Below, in pieces: positions 28,509 to 40,270 of a stretch of DNA of 64,000 nucleotides; positions within the stretch are counted from its first letter, which is position 1, and the number at the start of each line of letters is the position of its first letter. Source of the stretch: Candidatus Marinamargulisbacteria bacterium (GTDB taxonomy: Bacteria; Margulisbacteria; Marinamargulisbacteria; UBA817); contig JALQXX010000002.1 of the NCBI GenBank assembly GCA_023262965.1, forward strand, positions 22,173 through 86,172, written 5' to 3'. A model generated the notes under the pieces. It was not told the origin of the DNA and searched no databases. It saw nothing but the letters and a program-made list of their open reading frames with translations. The translations under genes and the position numbers were made by a program.

Positions 28509-30980
28509 ATGTTTTCACGGTTCACAGAAAAAGCAATACAGGCCATTATGGTGGCGCAAGAAGAGGCAAAGCGGTTTCATCACGCCTATGTAGGTACGGA
28601 GCATATTCTTTTAGGTATCATTCACGATCCCGATACAATTGTTGTGAAAGCGCTCGGGCAGTTGAACGTGGACCCCCGTGATATTCGAGAAAACATTGAA
28701 AATGAGCTTAACTTGAATTTTTCAAGTGATGTGTCTTCGAATATACCGTTCACCCAGCAGGCCAAACAGATTTTGTCCAATGCTTGGGATGAAGCACGTA
28801 AATTGGGCCATAATTATGTGAATCTGGAGCATTTGTTTTTATCGATTTTTCGGGATCCAACCAATATTGCGGCAAAAGTATTGTCGGATTTGGGGGTCAA
28901 AAGCGCCTCCTTCAAAGAGGCATTGTTTTTGGCCTTGGGCAAGCGCGTCGAATCCACCGCTAAAGCCGTATCGTCCGCAGCGCCTACCCCAACATTGGAT
29001 TTATTTGGCCGTGATTTAACGGCTTTGGCAAAAGACAATACGTTGGATCCGGTTATTGGTCGCGAAAAAGAGTTGGAGCGCGTGATTCAAATTTTGTCGC
29101 GACGTACAAAAAACAATCCGGTGTTAACTGGGGAGCCTGGTGTTGGAAAAACGGCTGTAGTGGAAGGATTGGCGCAAATTTTGCATCAGTCAAGTACGCC
29201 CGAAAAACTTCGGAATAAACGGTTAATCACATTGGATCTGGGGCTTTTGGTAGCCGGTACAAAGTACCGTGGGGAGTTTGAGGATCGGGTCAAAAAAATT
29301 ATGGAAGAAGTTCGAAAAGCCAAGAACATTATTTTGTTTATTGACGAATTGCATACCATTATTGGCACCGGTAGTTCTGAAGGAAGTTTGGACGCCGCCA
29401 ATTTGTTTAAGCCTGCCTTAGCACGCGGTGAATTACAATGCATTGGCGCGACAACATTGGATGAATACCGTAAGCACATAGAGGGGGATGGGGCCCTAGA
29501 GAGACGGTTTCAGTCGGTATTGGTGGAGCAGCCTTCCAAAGAGCAAACCATTGCGATTTTGCGTGGCATTAAATCGCGATATGAGGTTTTTCATGGCGTG
29601 ACAATTACCGAAGATGCCATTTTTGAAGCGGTGGAAATGTCGACGCGGTTTATTACAGATCGGCAATTACCCGATAAAGCGGTTGATGTCATTGATGAGG
29701 CGTCCTCCAAAGTAATGTTAGAGTCATCCAAATTACCGGAGGCGGATGTTCAGCTTTTTGCTGACCTGAATCGTATTCATGCATCATTAACCAGTACGGC
29801 GTCGGATCAACGTGATCGCGATCAGTTGATCCATGAGCAAGCCAATCTGATGAAACAAACGGCTGGGTTTACCGAATTGCAAAAACGCTATGCTGCAAAA
29901 ATTGTTGATGCGCAAATTGTGGCGGAGGTGGTGGCGTTGTGGACGGGTATTCCGGTTACTAAAATTACACAAGAAGAATCCGAAAAGCTACTTCGCATGG
30001 ATCAGGATTTGCAAAAAAAAATTGTGGGGCAGGAAGATGCAGTGAAAGCGGTGGTTCGTGCTGTAAAGCGGTCTAAAGTGGGATTAAAAAACCCCAAGCG
30101 TCCGACGGGATCTTTTTTGTTTTTAGGTCCAACCGGTGTTGGAAAATCGGAGTTGGCGAAGCAAATGGCACTCAATTTGTTTGGAAAATTGGATGCCATG
30201 ATTCGTATTGATATGTCCGAATATATGGAAAAACACACCATATCCCGATTGATTGGATCCCCACCAGGCTATGTGGGTTACAATGATGGTGGCCAGTTAA
30301 CAGAGCCCGTTCGTCGTCGGCCATACTCGATTGTGTTGTTTGATGAAATTGAAAAGGCTTCTCCGGATGTATTGAATGTTTTGTTGCAAATTTTGGAAGA
30401 TGGTCACGTTACCGATGCGAATGGACGCACGGTGGATTTTAAAAATACGATTATTATTATGACCTCGAATGTCGGGGCAAAGTATATCCAAAAAGCGTCG
30501 TCATTGGGATTTCAAACGCAGTCCGAGGATGAAGCAAATTATAGCAATATGAAAGAAAAGCTTAAAGATGAAATCGCCCGCGAGTTTCGACCTGAATTTA
30601 TTAATCGGATTGATGATGTGGTTATTTTTAAACCCTTGGGGCAGTCCGCCATGGGCCAAATTGCCCGTATTTTATTGGATGAATTGTCTGAGCGATTAAA
30701 AGAGAAAAATATTCAGCTGAAAGTGGATGATGCGGTTGTTGATTATATTACTCAAAAAGGCACCAATTTGCGTATGGGGGCACGACCATTGCGTCGGTCA
30801 TTGCAAGAGAATTTGGAAGACCCGATGGCAGATGCATTGCTAAAACGGCATTTGCGACAGGATGTATCGATTCGTTGCAGTATGGTCAAAGACCAGGTGG
30901 GGTTTACGATTCGTCAATTAAAGCCCAAGCCCAAGGAGCTTACGGTTCTAACCCTGCCGTCGCTCATTCATGCCCCCTAA
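28509..30980 (+). CDS. clpC: ATP-dependent Clp protease ATP-binding subunit ClpC (Clp/Hsp100 family, two AAA+ modules)
   Basis: Two Clp-N repeats at the N-terminus, then NBD1 GEPGVGKT and NBD2 GPTGVGKS, with a short middle domain. GGGAGA SD 6 nt upstream. Confidence 0.85.
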   Translation: MFSRFTEKAIQAIMVAQEEAKRFHHAYVGTEHILLGIIHDPDTIVVKALGQLNVDPRDIRENIENELNLNFSSDVSSNIPFTQQAKQILSNAWDEARKLGHNYVNLEHLFLSIFRDPTNIAAKVLSDLGVKSASFKEALFLALGKRVESTAKAVSSAAPTPTLDLFGRDLTALAKDNTLDPVIGREKELERVIQILSRRTKNNPVLTGEPGVGKTAVVEGLAQILHQSSTPEKLRNKRLITLDLGLLVAGTKYRGEFEDRVKKIMEEVRKAKNIILFIDELHTIIGTGSSEGSLDAANLFKPALARGELQCIGATTLDEYRKHIEGDGALERRFQSVLVEQPSKEQTIAILRGIKSRYEVFHGVTITEDAIFEAVEMSTRFITDRQLPDKAVDVIDEASSKVMLESSKLPEADVQLFADLNRIHASLTSTASDQRDRDQLIHEQANLMKQTAGFTELQKRYAAKIVDAQIVAEVVALWTGIPVTKITQEESEKLLRMDQDLQKKIVGQEDAVKAVVRAVKRSKVGLKNPKRPTGSFLFLGPTGVGKSELAKQMALNLFGKLDAMIRIDMSEYMEKHTISRLIGSPPGYVGYNDGGQLTEPVRRRPYSIVLFDEIEKASPDVLNVLLQILEDGHVTDANGRTVDFKNTIIIMTSNVGAKYIQKASSLGFQTQSEDEANYSNMKEKLKDEIAREFRPEFINRIDDVVIFKPLGQSAMGQIARILLDELSERLKEKNIQLKVDDAVVDYITQKGTNLRMGARPLRRSLQENLEDPMADALLKRHLRQDVSIRCSMVKDQVGFTIRQLKPKPKELTVLTLPSLIHAP

Positions 30981-32355
30981 ACCAACCGCTCAGTATACCT
31001 GTTTAGAGTGTGGGGCCACCTATATTCGTTGGCAGGGGCAATGTGATCAGTGTGCTGCATGGAATGCCCTGGAGCCGGTTCGGATTCGTGCCGCGTCTAC
31101 CGGGCATGGAATTGGGGCACCGGTAACATCACTACAGGCGGTTCAGGAGCCTAAAACCGTTACGCGGCTAACGGGCTCGGCGGAGTTGGATCGCGTATTG
31201 GGTGGGGGTTGGGTCGATGGCAGTGTGAATTTGGTTTGTGGGGAGCCGGGGATTGGCAAGTCGACGTTGGTGTTGCAATCGGCTTTGGATTGTGCCAAAC
31301 GGGGCCATAAAACCCTGTATATTACGGCCGAAGAGTCCGCGATTCAGGTTAAAAAGCGTGCGGGGCGTCTCGTTAAAACCATTCCGGACAATGTATTTAT
31401 TGTGGCAACTACCGATATGGACGACATTGTGACCACCATTGAAAATGAAGCCCCGGAGCTGGTTATTTTGGATTCTATTCAAATGGTGACGACCCAAAAA
31501 GTTACGGCGATGCCGGGGGCTTTAAATCAGGTGCGGTTGTGTGCGGCTATGTTTATAACAACTATTAAGTTGTTGAATGCGGTGGGTATTATGGTGGGGC
31601 ATATTACCAAAGATGGTCAATTGGCGGGTCCCAAAATGCTTGAGCATATGGTGGATGTGATTGTATTTTTTGAAGGGGATCGATCCATGGGGCTACGCGT
31701 GATGCGTTCCTTAAAAAATCGGTATGGAACCACCAATGAAACGGGGATGTTTCGAATGACGGCAGATGGGTTAACGGGTTTGGGGCCCAATGATACATTT
31801 TTATCGGATTTGAATAAACCCCCATTGCCGGGAGCAATTATTACGGCGATTTTATCGGGAACACGTGGCATGCTCATTGAGCTGCAATCCCTGGTGGCGC
31901 CTTCGGGGTATCAGCCGGTTAAGCGAACATTCATGGGGCTCGACTCCCACCGTTGCCACGTTATGATTGCAATTATGGATAAATTTTTTGGCCTTAAATT
32001 AACCAGTAAGGACATTTTTTTGTCATTGATTGGGGGGATTAAGTCCCCCTTGCCGGATGTCGATTTGGCGATTTGCTATGCCATATTGTCGTCACACACC
32101 AGCCGAGCCCTTTCAAAGGATGTCGTGGTGTTGGGGGAAGTGGGGTTGACTGGCGAAATTTTACCCTTTTCAAACCTGGATCGGTACCGCAGTGCGATGA
32201 CATTTAGTGGCATTAAAACGGCCATATTGCCCCAGCAATGCCAAGACGAATGGCCCAAAAATAGCGATATTATACCGCGTTTTGTGGCCACAATTAAGGA
32301 TGCGTATACGGTTTTTATCGCCATTGCGAACCCGCCCACAGAGGGACCGCGATAA
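30970..32355 (+). CDS. radA: DNA repair protein RadA/Sms
   Basis: N-terminal C4 zinc finger (CLECGATY...CDQC), Walker A GEPGIGKST, the KNRYG motif (LKNRYGTTNE) and a Lon-protease-like C-terminal domain. It overlaps the clpC stop. Confidence 0.85.
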   Translation: MPPKPTAQYTCLECGATYIRWQGQCDQCAAWNALEPVRIRAASTGHGIGAPVTSLQAVQEPKTVTRLTGSAELDRVLGGGWVDGSVNLVCGEPGIGKSTLVLQSALDCAKRGHKTLYITAEESAIQVKKRAGRLVKTIPDNVFIVATTDMDDIVTTIENEAPELVILDSIQMVTTQKVTAMPGALNQVRLCAAMFITTIKLLNAVGIMVGHITKDGQLAGPKMLEHMVDVIVFFEGDRSMGLRVMRSLKNRYGTTNETGMFRMTADGLTGLGPNDTFLSDLNKPPLPGAIITAILSGTRGMLIELQSLVAPSGYQPVKRTFMGLDSHRCHVMIAIMDKFFGLKLTSKDIFLSLIGGIKSPLPDVDLAICYAILSSHTSRALSKDVVVLGEVGLTGEILPFSNLDRYRSAMTFSGIKTAILPQQCQDEWPKNSDIIPRFVATIKDAYTVFIAIANPPTEGPR

Positions 32356-32452
32356 GCCGTTTAAACTGGAATACCAGCGTTTTTTTGGTTAGTGACTTTT
32401 ATTCTCATGGTATTCCGGCTATAATTGAGGCTAAAAGTAAAGGAGTTCGTAC

Positions 32453-33451
32453 GTGAGTCAAACGATTGAGGAAAATTCAGGGGTTTCCCTTCAAATTAAA
32501 TCGGCTAACGATCAGCTGGCAGCCTTAAATCAACACTGGCAATCCGTGATTGTGGGGCAGCATGATGCCATGCAGAAAATCCTAATTGCCTTAATTGCAA
32601 ATGGGCACGTCCTATTAGAAGGTGTACCGGGTTTGGCTAAGACGCTTATGATTCGTACGCTAGCTAATTTATTGGATTGTGAGTATAAACGCATTCAGTT
32701 CACGCCCGATTTGTTACCAAGTGATATTACAGGTACACAGATTTATAATGCGCAAACCCAAACATTTGATACCAAAAAAGGCCCTTTGTTTTCGCAATTT
32801 ATATTGGCCGATGAAATTAATCGTGCCCCCGCAAAAGTTCAAAGCGCCTTACTCGAAAGTATGCAAGAAAACCAAATCACTATTGGTACCACCACCTACG
32901 ATTTACCGCGTCCTTTTTTTGTATTGGCAACTCAGAATCCCATTGATCAGGATGGGACGTATCCCTTACCCGAAGCGCAAATGGATCGCTTTATTATGAA
33001 AGTGGTTCTGACCTACCCGACCTTGGACGAAGAAAAGCATATTATTAAGCGATTTCAACAAGGCGCTCCGACCGTTACGTCGCCGGTTATGCCAGTGGAT
33101 TATATTCCCAAAATTCAAGCATTGGCGGGCAGCATTTATATTGATGAAAAAGTCAGTGAGTATGTTGTGCGTTTGGTGGATGCCACCCGTCATCCGGGTG
33201 GGGTAGGTCTCGAGGTATTGGCGCCGTATATTCGCTGTGGCGCCTCCCCGCGGGCCACGTTGGCGTTTATTGCTGCGGCGAAGGCGTACGCTTTTATTGA
33301 CCGTCGCAATTATGTTGTTCCTGAGGATATTAAGTATTTGGCGCACGCCATTCTGAGGCATCGGTTGCAATTGACCTTTGCTGCCGAAGCGGAATCCATG
33401 ACAGCGGATAAAATTATTGATACCATTTTGGGAAATGTTGAGGTCCCTTAG
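32453..33451 (+). CDS. moxR: MoxR-family AAA+ ATPase (first gene of the Bat/aerotolerance operon)
   Basis: GTG start with AAGGAG SD 8 nt upstream. Walker A GVPGLAKT, followed by the LLPSDITG region typical of MoxR. Confidence 0.85.
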   Translation: MSQTIEENSGVSLQIKSANDQLAALNQHWQSVIVGQHDAMQKILIALIANGHVLLEGVPGLAKTLMIRTLANLLDCEYKRIQFTPDLLPSDITGTQIYNAQTQTFDTKKGPLFSQFILADEINRAPAKVQSALLESMQENQITIGTTTYDLPRPFFVLATQNPIDQDGTYPLPEAQMDRFIMKVVLTYPTLDEEKHIIKRFQQGAPTVTSPVMPVDYIPKIQALAGSIYIDEKVSEYVVRLVDATRHPGGVGLEVLAPYIRCGASPRATLAFIAAAKAYAFIDRRNYVVPEDIKYLAHAILRHRLQLTFAAEAESMTADKIIDTILGNVEVP

Positions 33452-34314
33452 TGAATGCTGAGGAACTTGTAAAAAAAATTCGAACAATAGATATACAAAC
33501 CAAGGGTTGGGTGGATTCCATTTTTAGTGGTGCGTACCACTCGCGGTTTAAGGGCACGGGGGTGCAGTTCAATGATGTTCGACCGTATGCTTATGGGGAT
33601 GATGTGCGACGGATTGACTGGCGCGTGACAGCCAAATTGAATGAACCCTATATCAAAGAATTTGAAGAGGATCGGGATTTGATTGTGATGCTAGCGGTTG
33701 ATATGAGTCAGTCCGTGTTTTACCAGAGTGGGCATCAAGCGAAGCTGGATCGGGCTTTAGAAATTGCCGCTATCATGGGATTTTCGGCTGTCGCCAATGG
33801 CGATCAGGTCGGGTTGGCTCTTTTTACCGATACCGTGGAATGGGTGCAGCCCCCCAAACATGGGAAGCAGCACATGTTTACCGTGTTGTCTCGGTTGGTA
33901 AATCATCAGCCAGCGTCGACGCAAACATCGATTCGGGCCCTTTGTCAAACCCTTATGAATGCGCTTAAACGACGCAGTGTGGTATTTATAGTGTCGGATT
34001 TTATTTGCGATAACTATGAAGCTGATTTTCAACGATTGTGCCAAAAGCACGATGTTATTCCCGTTGTTATTCAAGATCCTGTTGAACAATCGATTCCACC
34101 GTCTGGGATTGTGGTATTGAAGGATGCGGAGACCGGTGAAGAGATGGTCTGTGACACCCAATCGGTGGCATTTCAAGATAGTATTGATGGTGTACTGGCG
34201 AGTCGAAAAGTGCAGCGAGAGCGATTATTTCGTCGTATGGGCGTAGTCCCACTGAACACGATGACCACGGATGATGTGATTACCGTGTTGCAGCAGTATT
34301 TTAATCGCCGATGA
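33451..34314 (+). CDS. DUF58 domain protein (MoxR partner, VWA-like)
   Basis: The DUF58 signature (FKGTGVQFNDVRPYAYGDDVRRIDWRVTAK) is present. The start overlaps the moxR stop (TAGTG). Confidence 0.8.
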   Translation: MNAEELVKKIRTIDIQTKGWVDSIFSGAYHSRFKGTGVQFNDVRPYAYGDDVRRIDWRVTAKLNEPYIKEFEEDRDLIVMLAVDMSQSVFYQSGHQAKLDRALEIAAIMGFSAVANGDQVGLALFTDTVEWVQPPKHGKQHMFTVLSRLVNHQPASTQTSIRALCQTLMNALKRRSVVFIVSDFICDNYEADFQRLCQKHDVIPVVIQDPVEQSIPPSGIVVLKDAETGEEMVCDTQSVAFQDSIDGVLASRKVQRERLFRRMGVVPLNTMTTDDVITVLQQYFNRR

Positions 34315-35144
34315 AAGCCATTGCTTGGGGTATTTTTATGACAACAATCGCGTATGCGTTTCCGACGCACGATGTATCGACATCGTCGGTGTTTGTTGGG
34401 GATACGGTTACCTACACCATTACGTATTCAGGCACCATACCGGATGCTATCGGCCTGCCGACAGGTTTGGAGCAGGTATCGCAAACCACGCACAACGGGC
34501 CAACAGCCAATCAAATAGAGACCGTTTATCGTATTTTTTCCATAGATCCCATCACCATTCCCACCCGTTCGGTTATAACCGCTGATGGTCCGGTAACGCT
34601 TCCGGCCATTACATTAACCGTGGAGGCACGCGTTCCAACCCAAAACAATTGGCATGATATTGAGCCATTGGCCCCATTATGGCATATGGGTATGTGGCCC
34701 ATTATTGGATTGATTGGTGGGCTTTTGGCTATGGGGGCCTTTTGGGCATACCGTCGACCCGCTAAACGCATGGTTGTGGTGGCACCTCAGCCCGATCCAC
34801 TGGTGGTGGCACAATCGGCTCTGGATGCGTTGCGTCAGTCCATAACGGATGATCCCGTCGCCCTTAAAGCCATTTATTTTCAACTAACCGCGATCATGAC
34901 CGTTTATATTACCGAAAAAACGGGCTTGAATGTGGTGGATGCTACGACTCGTGAAATGATCCGTTTGGTGAATCGTCACCCCGCCATAACGCGGCGGGAT
35001 GCCACGACGTTGGCGCGATTGGCCAATGAAATCGATTATTATAAATTTAGCGAATCGCCGGAATTTGTTCGTGCCACATGCCAAAAGACTGTGGATGCTG
35101 TGTCTGAGCTCATCCAAGCGATAGCGGGAGATCCGGCCTCATGA
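34311..35144 (+). CDS. Hypothetical bitopic membrane protein of the Bat operon
   Basis: Signal peptide and a central TM (WPIIGLIGGLLAMGAFWAY). It overlaps both neighbours by 4 nt. Its position between DUF58 and BatA matches Bacteroides-type Bat operons. Confidence 0.4.
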   Translation: MKAIAWGIFMTTIAYAFPTHDVSTSSVFVGDTVTYTITYSGTIPDAIGLPTGLEQVSQTTHNGPTANQIETVYRIFSIDPITIPTRSVITADGPVTLPAITLTVEARVPTQNNWHDIEPLAPLWHMGMWPIIGLIGGLLAMGAFWAYRRPAKRMVVVAPQPDPLVVAQSALDALRQSITDDPVALKAIYFQLTAIMTVYITEKTGLNVVDATTREMIRLVNRHPAITRRDATTLARLANEIDYYKFSESPEFVRATCQKTVDAVSELIQAIAGDPAS

Positions 35145-36145
35145 TCGTCAAATACCCGTGGGTACTGATGGGGTTGATTCCTGTGATTGCGCTGATGTAT
35201 GGGCTTCGGCGGCATGCCATTCACCACGCCATTCGGTTTCCCAAGGCGGCGTGGATGCGGTCGTTGGTCTCTAAAAAAGCGACTCGGCTAATAGCATTGG
35301 ATCGATGGCTTGAGCGGGGCATATTGGTGATGATGGTCGTTGCTTTAGCCCAACCCCAATGGATTACTGCGCATCAATACAGTCGCCAAAAAGGGATTGA
35401 TATTGTGGCCATTTTGGATACATCGGGCAGTATGAATGCCGAAGACTTTAGTCCCAAAAACCGGATGACGGTTGCCAAAGAAACCCTGCAACGATTTGTT
35501 AAAAAACGCCCCAGTGATCGGATTGGATTGGTCATTTTTGGAACCGATGCCCTAACCGCTTCTCCCCTGACCACCGATCATGCCATTATTATTAATCGTA
35601 TTAACGATGTTGCGGTGGGCGATGCGGGTGACGGAACCGCGATTGGCTTGGCTATTGCCACAGGTGTCAACCGATTGATAGCGGCGGATGCGGCATCCAA
35701 GGTGATTATTTTGATTACCGATGGGGTTAATAATGCCGGGCAAATTGATCCCATTTCGGCCGCCAATTTTGCAAAAACCAATGCGATTCGCATTTACACG
35801 ATTGGTATTGGTGATAAAGAAGGGGCCCCCATTCCCATATACCATCCAACATACGGGAAGCGGTATGCCCGGTACCCCAACGGCCAATTAATTTTAACAG
35901 AATTTGACGATAGGACGTTAAAGAAAATTGCTGAAACTGCAAATGGCCAGTATTTTAATGCTACCAACGCGACGGAATTGGCCGATATCTATGCCACCAT
36001 TGATCAGCTTGAAAAGACCGACATCAATACCACGAAGACCCGCGTTGTTCATGAGTTATTTCCATATATTATTGCCTTTATTGCCTGCATGATCATTTTA
36101 CGGCAATGGATTGGGCTGGGGCCCTTGATTGGGGTGCTACCATAA
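35141..36145 (+). CDS. batA: BatA: von Willebrand factor A domain membrane protein
   Basis: Two N-terminal TMs, VWA MIDAS motif (DTSGSM), and a C-terminal TM. Confidence 0.75.
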   Translation: MIVKYPWVLMGLIPVIALMYGLRRHAIHHAIRFPKAAWMRSLVSKKATRLIALDRWLERGILVMMVVALAQPQWITAHQYSRQKGIDIVAILDTSGSMNAEDFSPKNRMTVAKETLQRFVKKRPSDRIGLVIFGTDALTASPLTTDHAIIINRINDVAVGDAGDGTAIGLAIATGVNRLIAADAASKVIILITDGVNNAGQIDPISAANFAKTNAIRIYTIGIGDKEGAPIPIYHPTYGKRYARYPNGQLILTEFDDRTLKKIAETANGQYFNATNATELADIYATIDQLEKTDINTTKTRVVHELFPYIIAFIACMIILRQWIGLGPLIGVLP

Positions 36146-37908
36146 TGGTTCAGTATCCCGAATGGGGACTTTTATTGGGGATTATTCCGTTATTGGCGAT
36201 TGGCTATACCCTGCGGTTTGGTCAACGAAAACGGATGTGGGCACAATTTCAACACCCATCCCGATGGGCAACAACCATTCGATTGAGTGATTCGGGGGTG
36301 TATTTTTGGCAGCGGGTACTGACACTTTTGGTGTTGACCAGTGTTATTATTGCGCTAATGCGTCCGCAATATGGGGAGCGATTTGAAACGGTTGAGCGGC
36401 AGGGGCGTCATATTTTTTTTGTTGTGGATACATCGTTGAGCATGTTGGCTGAAGATGGTGCCCCCAATCGATTGGGGACGGCTACGTATCATATTCAGCA
36501 GTTGGTCTCGCGGTTGTCGGGGGATTTGGTGGCCATTGTTCCATTTGCCAGTACTGCGTATGTGTACGTGCCGTTGACCCATGATTATGGGGCCCTTCAG
36601 TTATTTTTAGAGGATATGCATGTGGGGATGATTGGGTCATCCGGGTCCAATATTACCCAGGCACTATCGGTTGTGGAACAGCATATGGATCCGGCCAATG
36701 CGCATGCAACCACGATTATTGTGCTAACGGATGGTGAATTTTTACCGCCATTGGATACGATGGCGATTCGGGCAATGATTAAAAAAATGGGGGTTGATAT
36801 GATGGTGGTTGGGGTGGGCTCTCGTCAAGGAGAACCGATCCCATGGCGAGATCCCGACACCAATACAACAGCACTAAAAAAAGACCGAAATGGTGCGATT
36901 GTTTTGACAAAGCGGGATGATGCCGCACTTGCGGCCTTGGCGGGATTAGTCGATGGGCAACCGATGATTGATGGTCGGGTATCACCCGTGGTGGCTGACA
37001 CGCTATACAGTCGATTATCAACGAGTGAAACCAAACGGTTGGCCAGCACGCAACGCGTAACACGTGTGGATCGATACCATGTGGTTTTGGGATTAGCACT
37101 AGTGATCGCTATTATTCAGTATGGGTACCCGCGCTTTTTAATGCGGTATACCGTGATTGTTGCGGGAATTTTGCTAATGTGGGCGGGGCCGTTGTGGGCC
37201 GCTCATCCGGGTGTAACGGCGTATAATCGTCAGGATTATTCAGCGGCAATCGAGGCGTTTAAAATGGCCTTGAGAGATGACCCTGATAACGGGGCATTGT
37301 ACTATAATCTAGCCAATGCGTACGTTAAGGCCGGGGAATACGATGCGGCGATTACAGCGTATCACGAATCACTCCCCTTGGTATCGGGGGATTTAAAAAA
37401 ACAGGCCTTGTATAATTTGGCAACCGCGTATTGGCGTAACCGTGACCGCGAGGCGGCATTAGCGTACTATAAGCAGGTGTTAGCTGTTGATCCGAATCAT
37501 ATAAAAACCAAAGAAACCATTGAAATGATTTTGCGTGATGTTGCCCCCCCCGACACCAGCGATGCCGCATCAGAAACGAAGGGGGATAACGCCGATGAAG
37601 CGGGCGAATCCAACGCACAAAAGCCACCCACTCCCTCAACGGATGGCGACATGCCCGCCGATGCGGCGGAAGAGGGTGAATCGGGCCACCAAGATGATCA
37701 CAATGCGTCTCCGGATGGCGAGACCGATTCGAATAATAGGGATTCGACAGCAGCCGGTTCAGAAACGGCAGCGGATGCAACCCAACCCAATTCGCAGCAA
37801 GCTATTTCCAATGCTCAGATTCACTATTTGGTGGATATGGCCGAAAAACAAGCCCGTGAAAAACAGCAAAAAGCGGTAAAATCTGTATTTGAGGGCGATT
37901 CATGGTAA
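36106..37908 (+). CDS. batB: BatB/BatC fusion: VWA domain plus TPR repeats, with an acidic low-complexity tail
   Basis: N-terminal TMs, VWA motif (VVDTSLSM), a TM, then TPR repeats (AYNRQDYSAAIEAFKMAL...YYNLANAYVKAGEYDAAITAY). The C-terminus is a Asp/Glu-rich disordered region. Confidence 0.7.
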   Translation: MDWAGALDWGATIMVQYPEWGLLLGIIPLLAIGYTLRFGQRKRMWAQFQHPSRWATTIRLSDSGVYFWQRVLTLLVLTSVIIALMRPQYGERFETVERQGRHIFFVVDTSLSMLAEDGAPNRLGTATYHIQQLVSRLSGDLVAIVPFASTAYVYVPLTHDYGALQLFLEDMHVGMIGSSGSNITQALSVVEQHMDPANAHATTIIVLTDGEFLPPLDTMAIRAMIKKMGVDMMVVGVGSRQGEPIPWRDPDTNTTALKKDRNGAIVLTKRDDAALAALAGLVDGQPMIDGRVSPVVADTLYSRLSTSETKRLASTQRVTRVDRYHVVLGLALVIAIIQYGYPRFLMRYTVIVAGILLMWAGPLWAAHPGVTAYNRQDYSAAIEAFKMALRDDPDNGALYYNLANAYVKAGEYDAAITAYHESLPLVSGDLKKQALYNLATAYWRNRDREAALAYYKQVLAVDPNHIKTKETIEMILRDVAPPDTSDAASETKGDNADEAGESNAQKPPTPSTDGDMPADAAEEGESGHQDDHNASPDGETDSNNRDSTAAGSETAADATQPNSQQAISNAQIHYLVDMAEKQAREKQQKAVKSVFEGDSW

Positions 37909-39572
37909 AAAAATGGGGTCTTTGTATCGCCATTACGCTAATCATGGGAGGCGCCATACAGGCAGAAGAGGTATCGCTCGTGTCTACCGTAAGTCAGTCT
38001 AAAGTGCCCCAAAATCAGGCATTTGTGTTGACATTAACCGTAAATGGAGCGGCTGGGGACCTGTATCCACATATAACGATTCCGGATTTACAATCGGACT
38101 TTACCATTGTATCCACCAGTCAATCATCCGCATTTACAATGGTGAATGGGGTGTCCAGTCGATCCCGATCGTATCGGTACCGCCTCATGCCCAAAAAAGC
38201 CGGTATTTTTATTATCGATGCCTTTAGTATTGACCATGAGGGTATTACCGCATCCACACAGCCGATTCGGTTGGTTGTTGTAGAGGCTGCGGCCACGGGG
38301 TCCCCCCAAGTGCCAACGCCAATACAAACCCGACCGTCGCCCAAGCCAACCAATTCGTCGGTTTTTTTAGAGGCATCGGTATCGGCATCCGATATTTTTA
38401 TGGGAGAACAAGTGACTTACTCGGTCAAATTATATCGACGCATTGCGCTATGGAGCTCGATTGCCATTGATCAAGACGATATAACCGATGTGTGGCAGGT
38501 GAACAATCCCGTCAAGCCCGAATCGATTGTTCAAAAAGGGGGGCAACGGTACTATGAATTGGAGCTTGTAAATCGCACTATACGGCCATTGGGTGTTGGG
38601 GAGCAGGTGATTCCGCCGGTTACGGCACGCTTTGTTTTGGATCCATTTGCGGGGGACTATCGCATTCAATCGGACAGCGTAACCATAACGGTTCGACCGC
38701 TTCCAGAACCCAAACCGCCATCATTTACAGGGGCAATTGGCCAGTATACCATGACGGTGATTACCCCCAATGGGCTATCGGATTCACAAACTTTTCAAAT
38801 GACCGTCATTCTTTCGAGTGATCAACCCGGGGCGGTATCGCCACCGGTTATTCCGGATACCGTCGATTACCGGGTATTGTCGGTGCCCAACACGACCGGT
38901 ACGGCGGACGATCCCAATCGCCATGCCTTTGATTATGTGATTATTCCCAATAAACCCGGTGTTTTAACGATTCCCCCCATTGTTTTTTCGTATTTTTCGA
39001 AAGATAGCATGGCGTATACCACCATTCAATCTCAGCCATTTACGCTGTCGGTGTCGGATGACGCGTTTCAAAACGATCCCGCTATTGAACGCGTTACCGA
39101 TATTCATTTTTTAATGGACCCCACCTATGCGGTTCGGTTACGGGCCCTCATGAGTGATGATAGGTATGGCATTTGGGGGCTGAGCGGGTATGCTTTGGTT
39201 GCAGGACTGTGGGTGGTTTATGGGATGTGGCGCCGCTTTGCTTATCAAAAACCCACCATGGCGGCTAAGCGGCGCGCTGTATTACGACGTATTCAGCAAT
39301 TGGATCATTCGGGATCAATCGCCGATATGCAAGCGGTTTTTTTGGACACCCTAATCGTTTTTGCGGGGTACACGCAGGCCGTGATAGCAATACGGTCGGT
39401 ACAGCAGTGCTTAACACAGGCCGGCGTATCGGAGGCCTTGATTGCCAGCGCGTGCCAATGGATAAAAAATGCTCAACTAGTCCAGTTTTCAAAAGAAAAA
39501 TCATTAAATTACTCTTTTTTAGATAGTGTTAAGCGCATTTTATATGATATCATTGAGGAGGTGAATCGATAA
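37902..39572 (+). CDS. batD: BatD-like oxygen-tolerance protein
   Basis: 556 aa with a signal peptide, a large beta-rich periplasmic region and C-terminal TM(s). Operon position and size match BatD. Confidence 0.55.
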   Translation: MVKKWGLCIAITLIMGGAIQAEEVSLVSTVSQSKVPQNQAFVLTLTVNGAAGDLYPHITIPDLQSDFTIVSTSQSSAFTMVNGVSSRSRSYRYRLMPKKAGIFIIDAFSIDHEGITASTQPIRLVVVEAAATGSPQVPTPIQTRPSPKPTNSSVFLEASVSASDIFMGEQVTYSVKLYRRIALWSSIAIDQDDITDVWQVNNPVKPESIVQKGGQRYYELELVNRTIRPLGVGEQVIPPVTARFVLDPFAGDYRIQSDSVTITVRPLPEPKPPSFTGAIGQYTMTVITPNGLSDSQTFQMTVILSSDQPGAVSPPVIPDTVDYRVLSVPNTTGTADDPNRHAFDYVIIPNKPGVLTIPPIVFSYFSKDSMAYTTIQSQPFTLSVSDDAFQNDPAIERVTDIHFLMDPTYAVRLRALMSDDRYGIWGLSGYALVAGLWVVYGMWRRFAYQKPTMAAKRRAVLRRIQQLDHSGSIADMQAVFLDTLIVFAGYTQAVIAIRSVQQCLTQAGVSEALIASACQWIKNAQLVQFSKEKSLNYSFLDSVKRILYDIIEEVNR

Positions 39573-40270
39573 TGTATCGGATGGTATGGGCCATAGTATT
39601 GATGACATGTTTGGGATATGCGGCCGATGAGCGGTCGGCGCGTCAAGCCTATTTGAGTAAGCAGTATACGGTTGCAAAATCCCTATATAGCGATCTTGTT
39701 CAGGCGCAGCCGTACAACACAGCCTACTGGTATAACATGGGGGCGTCCTATTTTCGATTGGGGGATTTGGTTATGGCCAAGCAATCGTTTTTGCGAACCT
39801 TGGCGATTGATCCAGGGCATTCGGATGCGCAGCATAATATTCATGTGATTAATGCGGCATTTATTGATCAGGATTTATTTTTTAATCAGCATTTTACCGC
39901 TATCATGGGATTGAATCGCAGTGCGTGGCGTATGGTTATGGTTTTGGTGGCCCTACCGGTTCTAGCCCTTGTTGGAGCCATGTATCGTTTTCAAAATCTG
40001 AGGTGGTTGAAGCGGCCCGTTGTGGCCTTTGGCGGAATCTGGCTGGCGATTGTTATGGGTATAATCCTGTGGCGCGATCCGGAGTATGGCATTGTGAATC
40101 GGGATCGCGTTATGATCTATTCGGGGCCATCACAAACTCAAAATGGTTTATTTTATGCCCATAAAGGCGCTGAATTTCGAATTATCAAGGCGTCGGATCG
40201 ATGGGTGTATATTCAATTTGCGAATGGATTGACGGGCTGGCTTCAAACCGAGGGCATACAATGGGTATAA
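39572..40270 (+). CDS. batE: BatE-like: TPR repeat plus TMs plus C-terminal SH3b domain
   Basis: N-terminal TPR (AYWYNMGASYFRLGDLVMAKQSFLRTLAIDP), two TMs, and a C-terminal SH3b-like region (YAHKGAEFRIIKASDRWVYIQFANGLTGWLQ). Confidence 0.6.
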   Translation: MYRMVWAIVLMTCLGYAADERSARQAYLSKQYTVAKSLYSDLVQAQPYNTAYWYNMGASYFRLGDLVMAKQSFLRTLAIDPGHSDAQHNIHVINAAFIDQDLFFNQHFTAIMGLNRSAWRMVMVLVALPVLALVGAMYRFQNLRWLKRPVVAFGGIWLAIVMGIILWRDPEYGIVNRDRVMIYSGPSQTQNGLFYAHKGAEFRIIKASDRWVYIQFANGLTGWLQTEGIQWV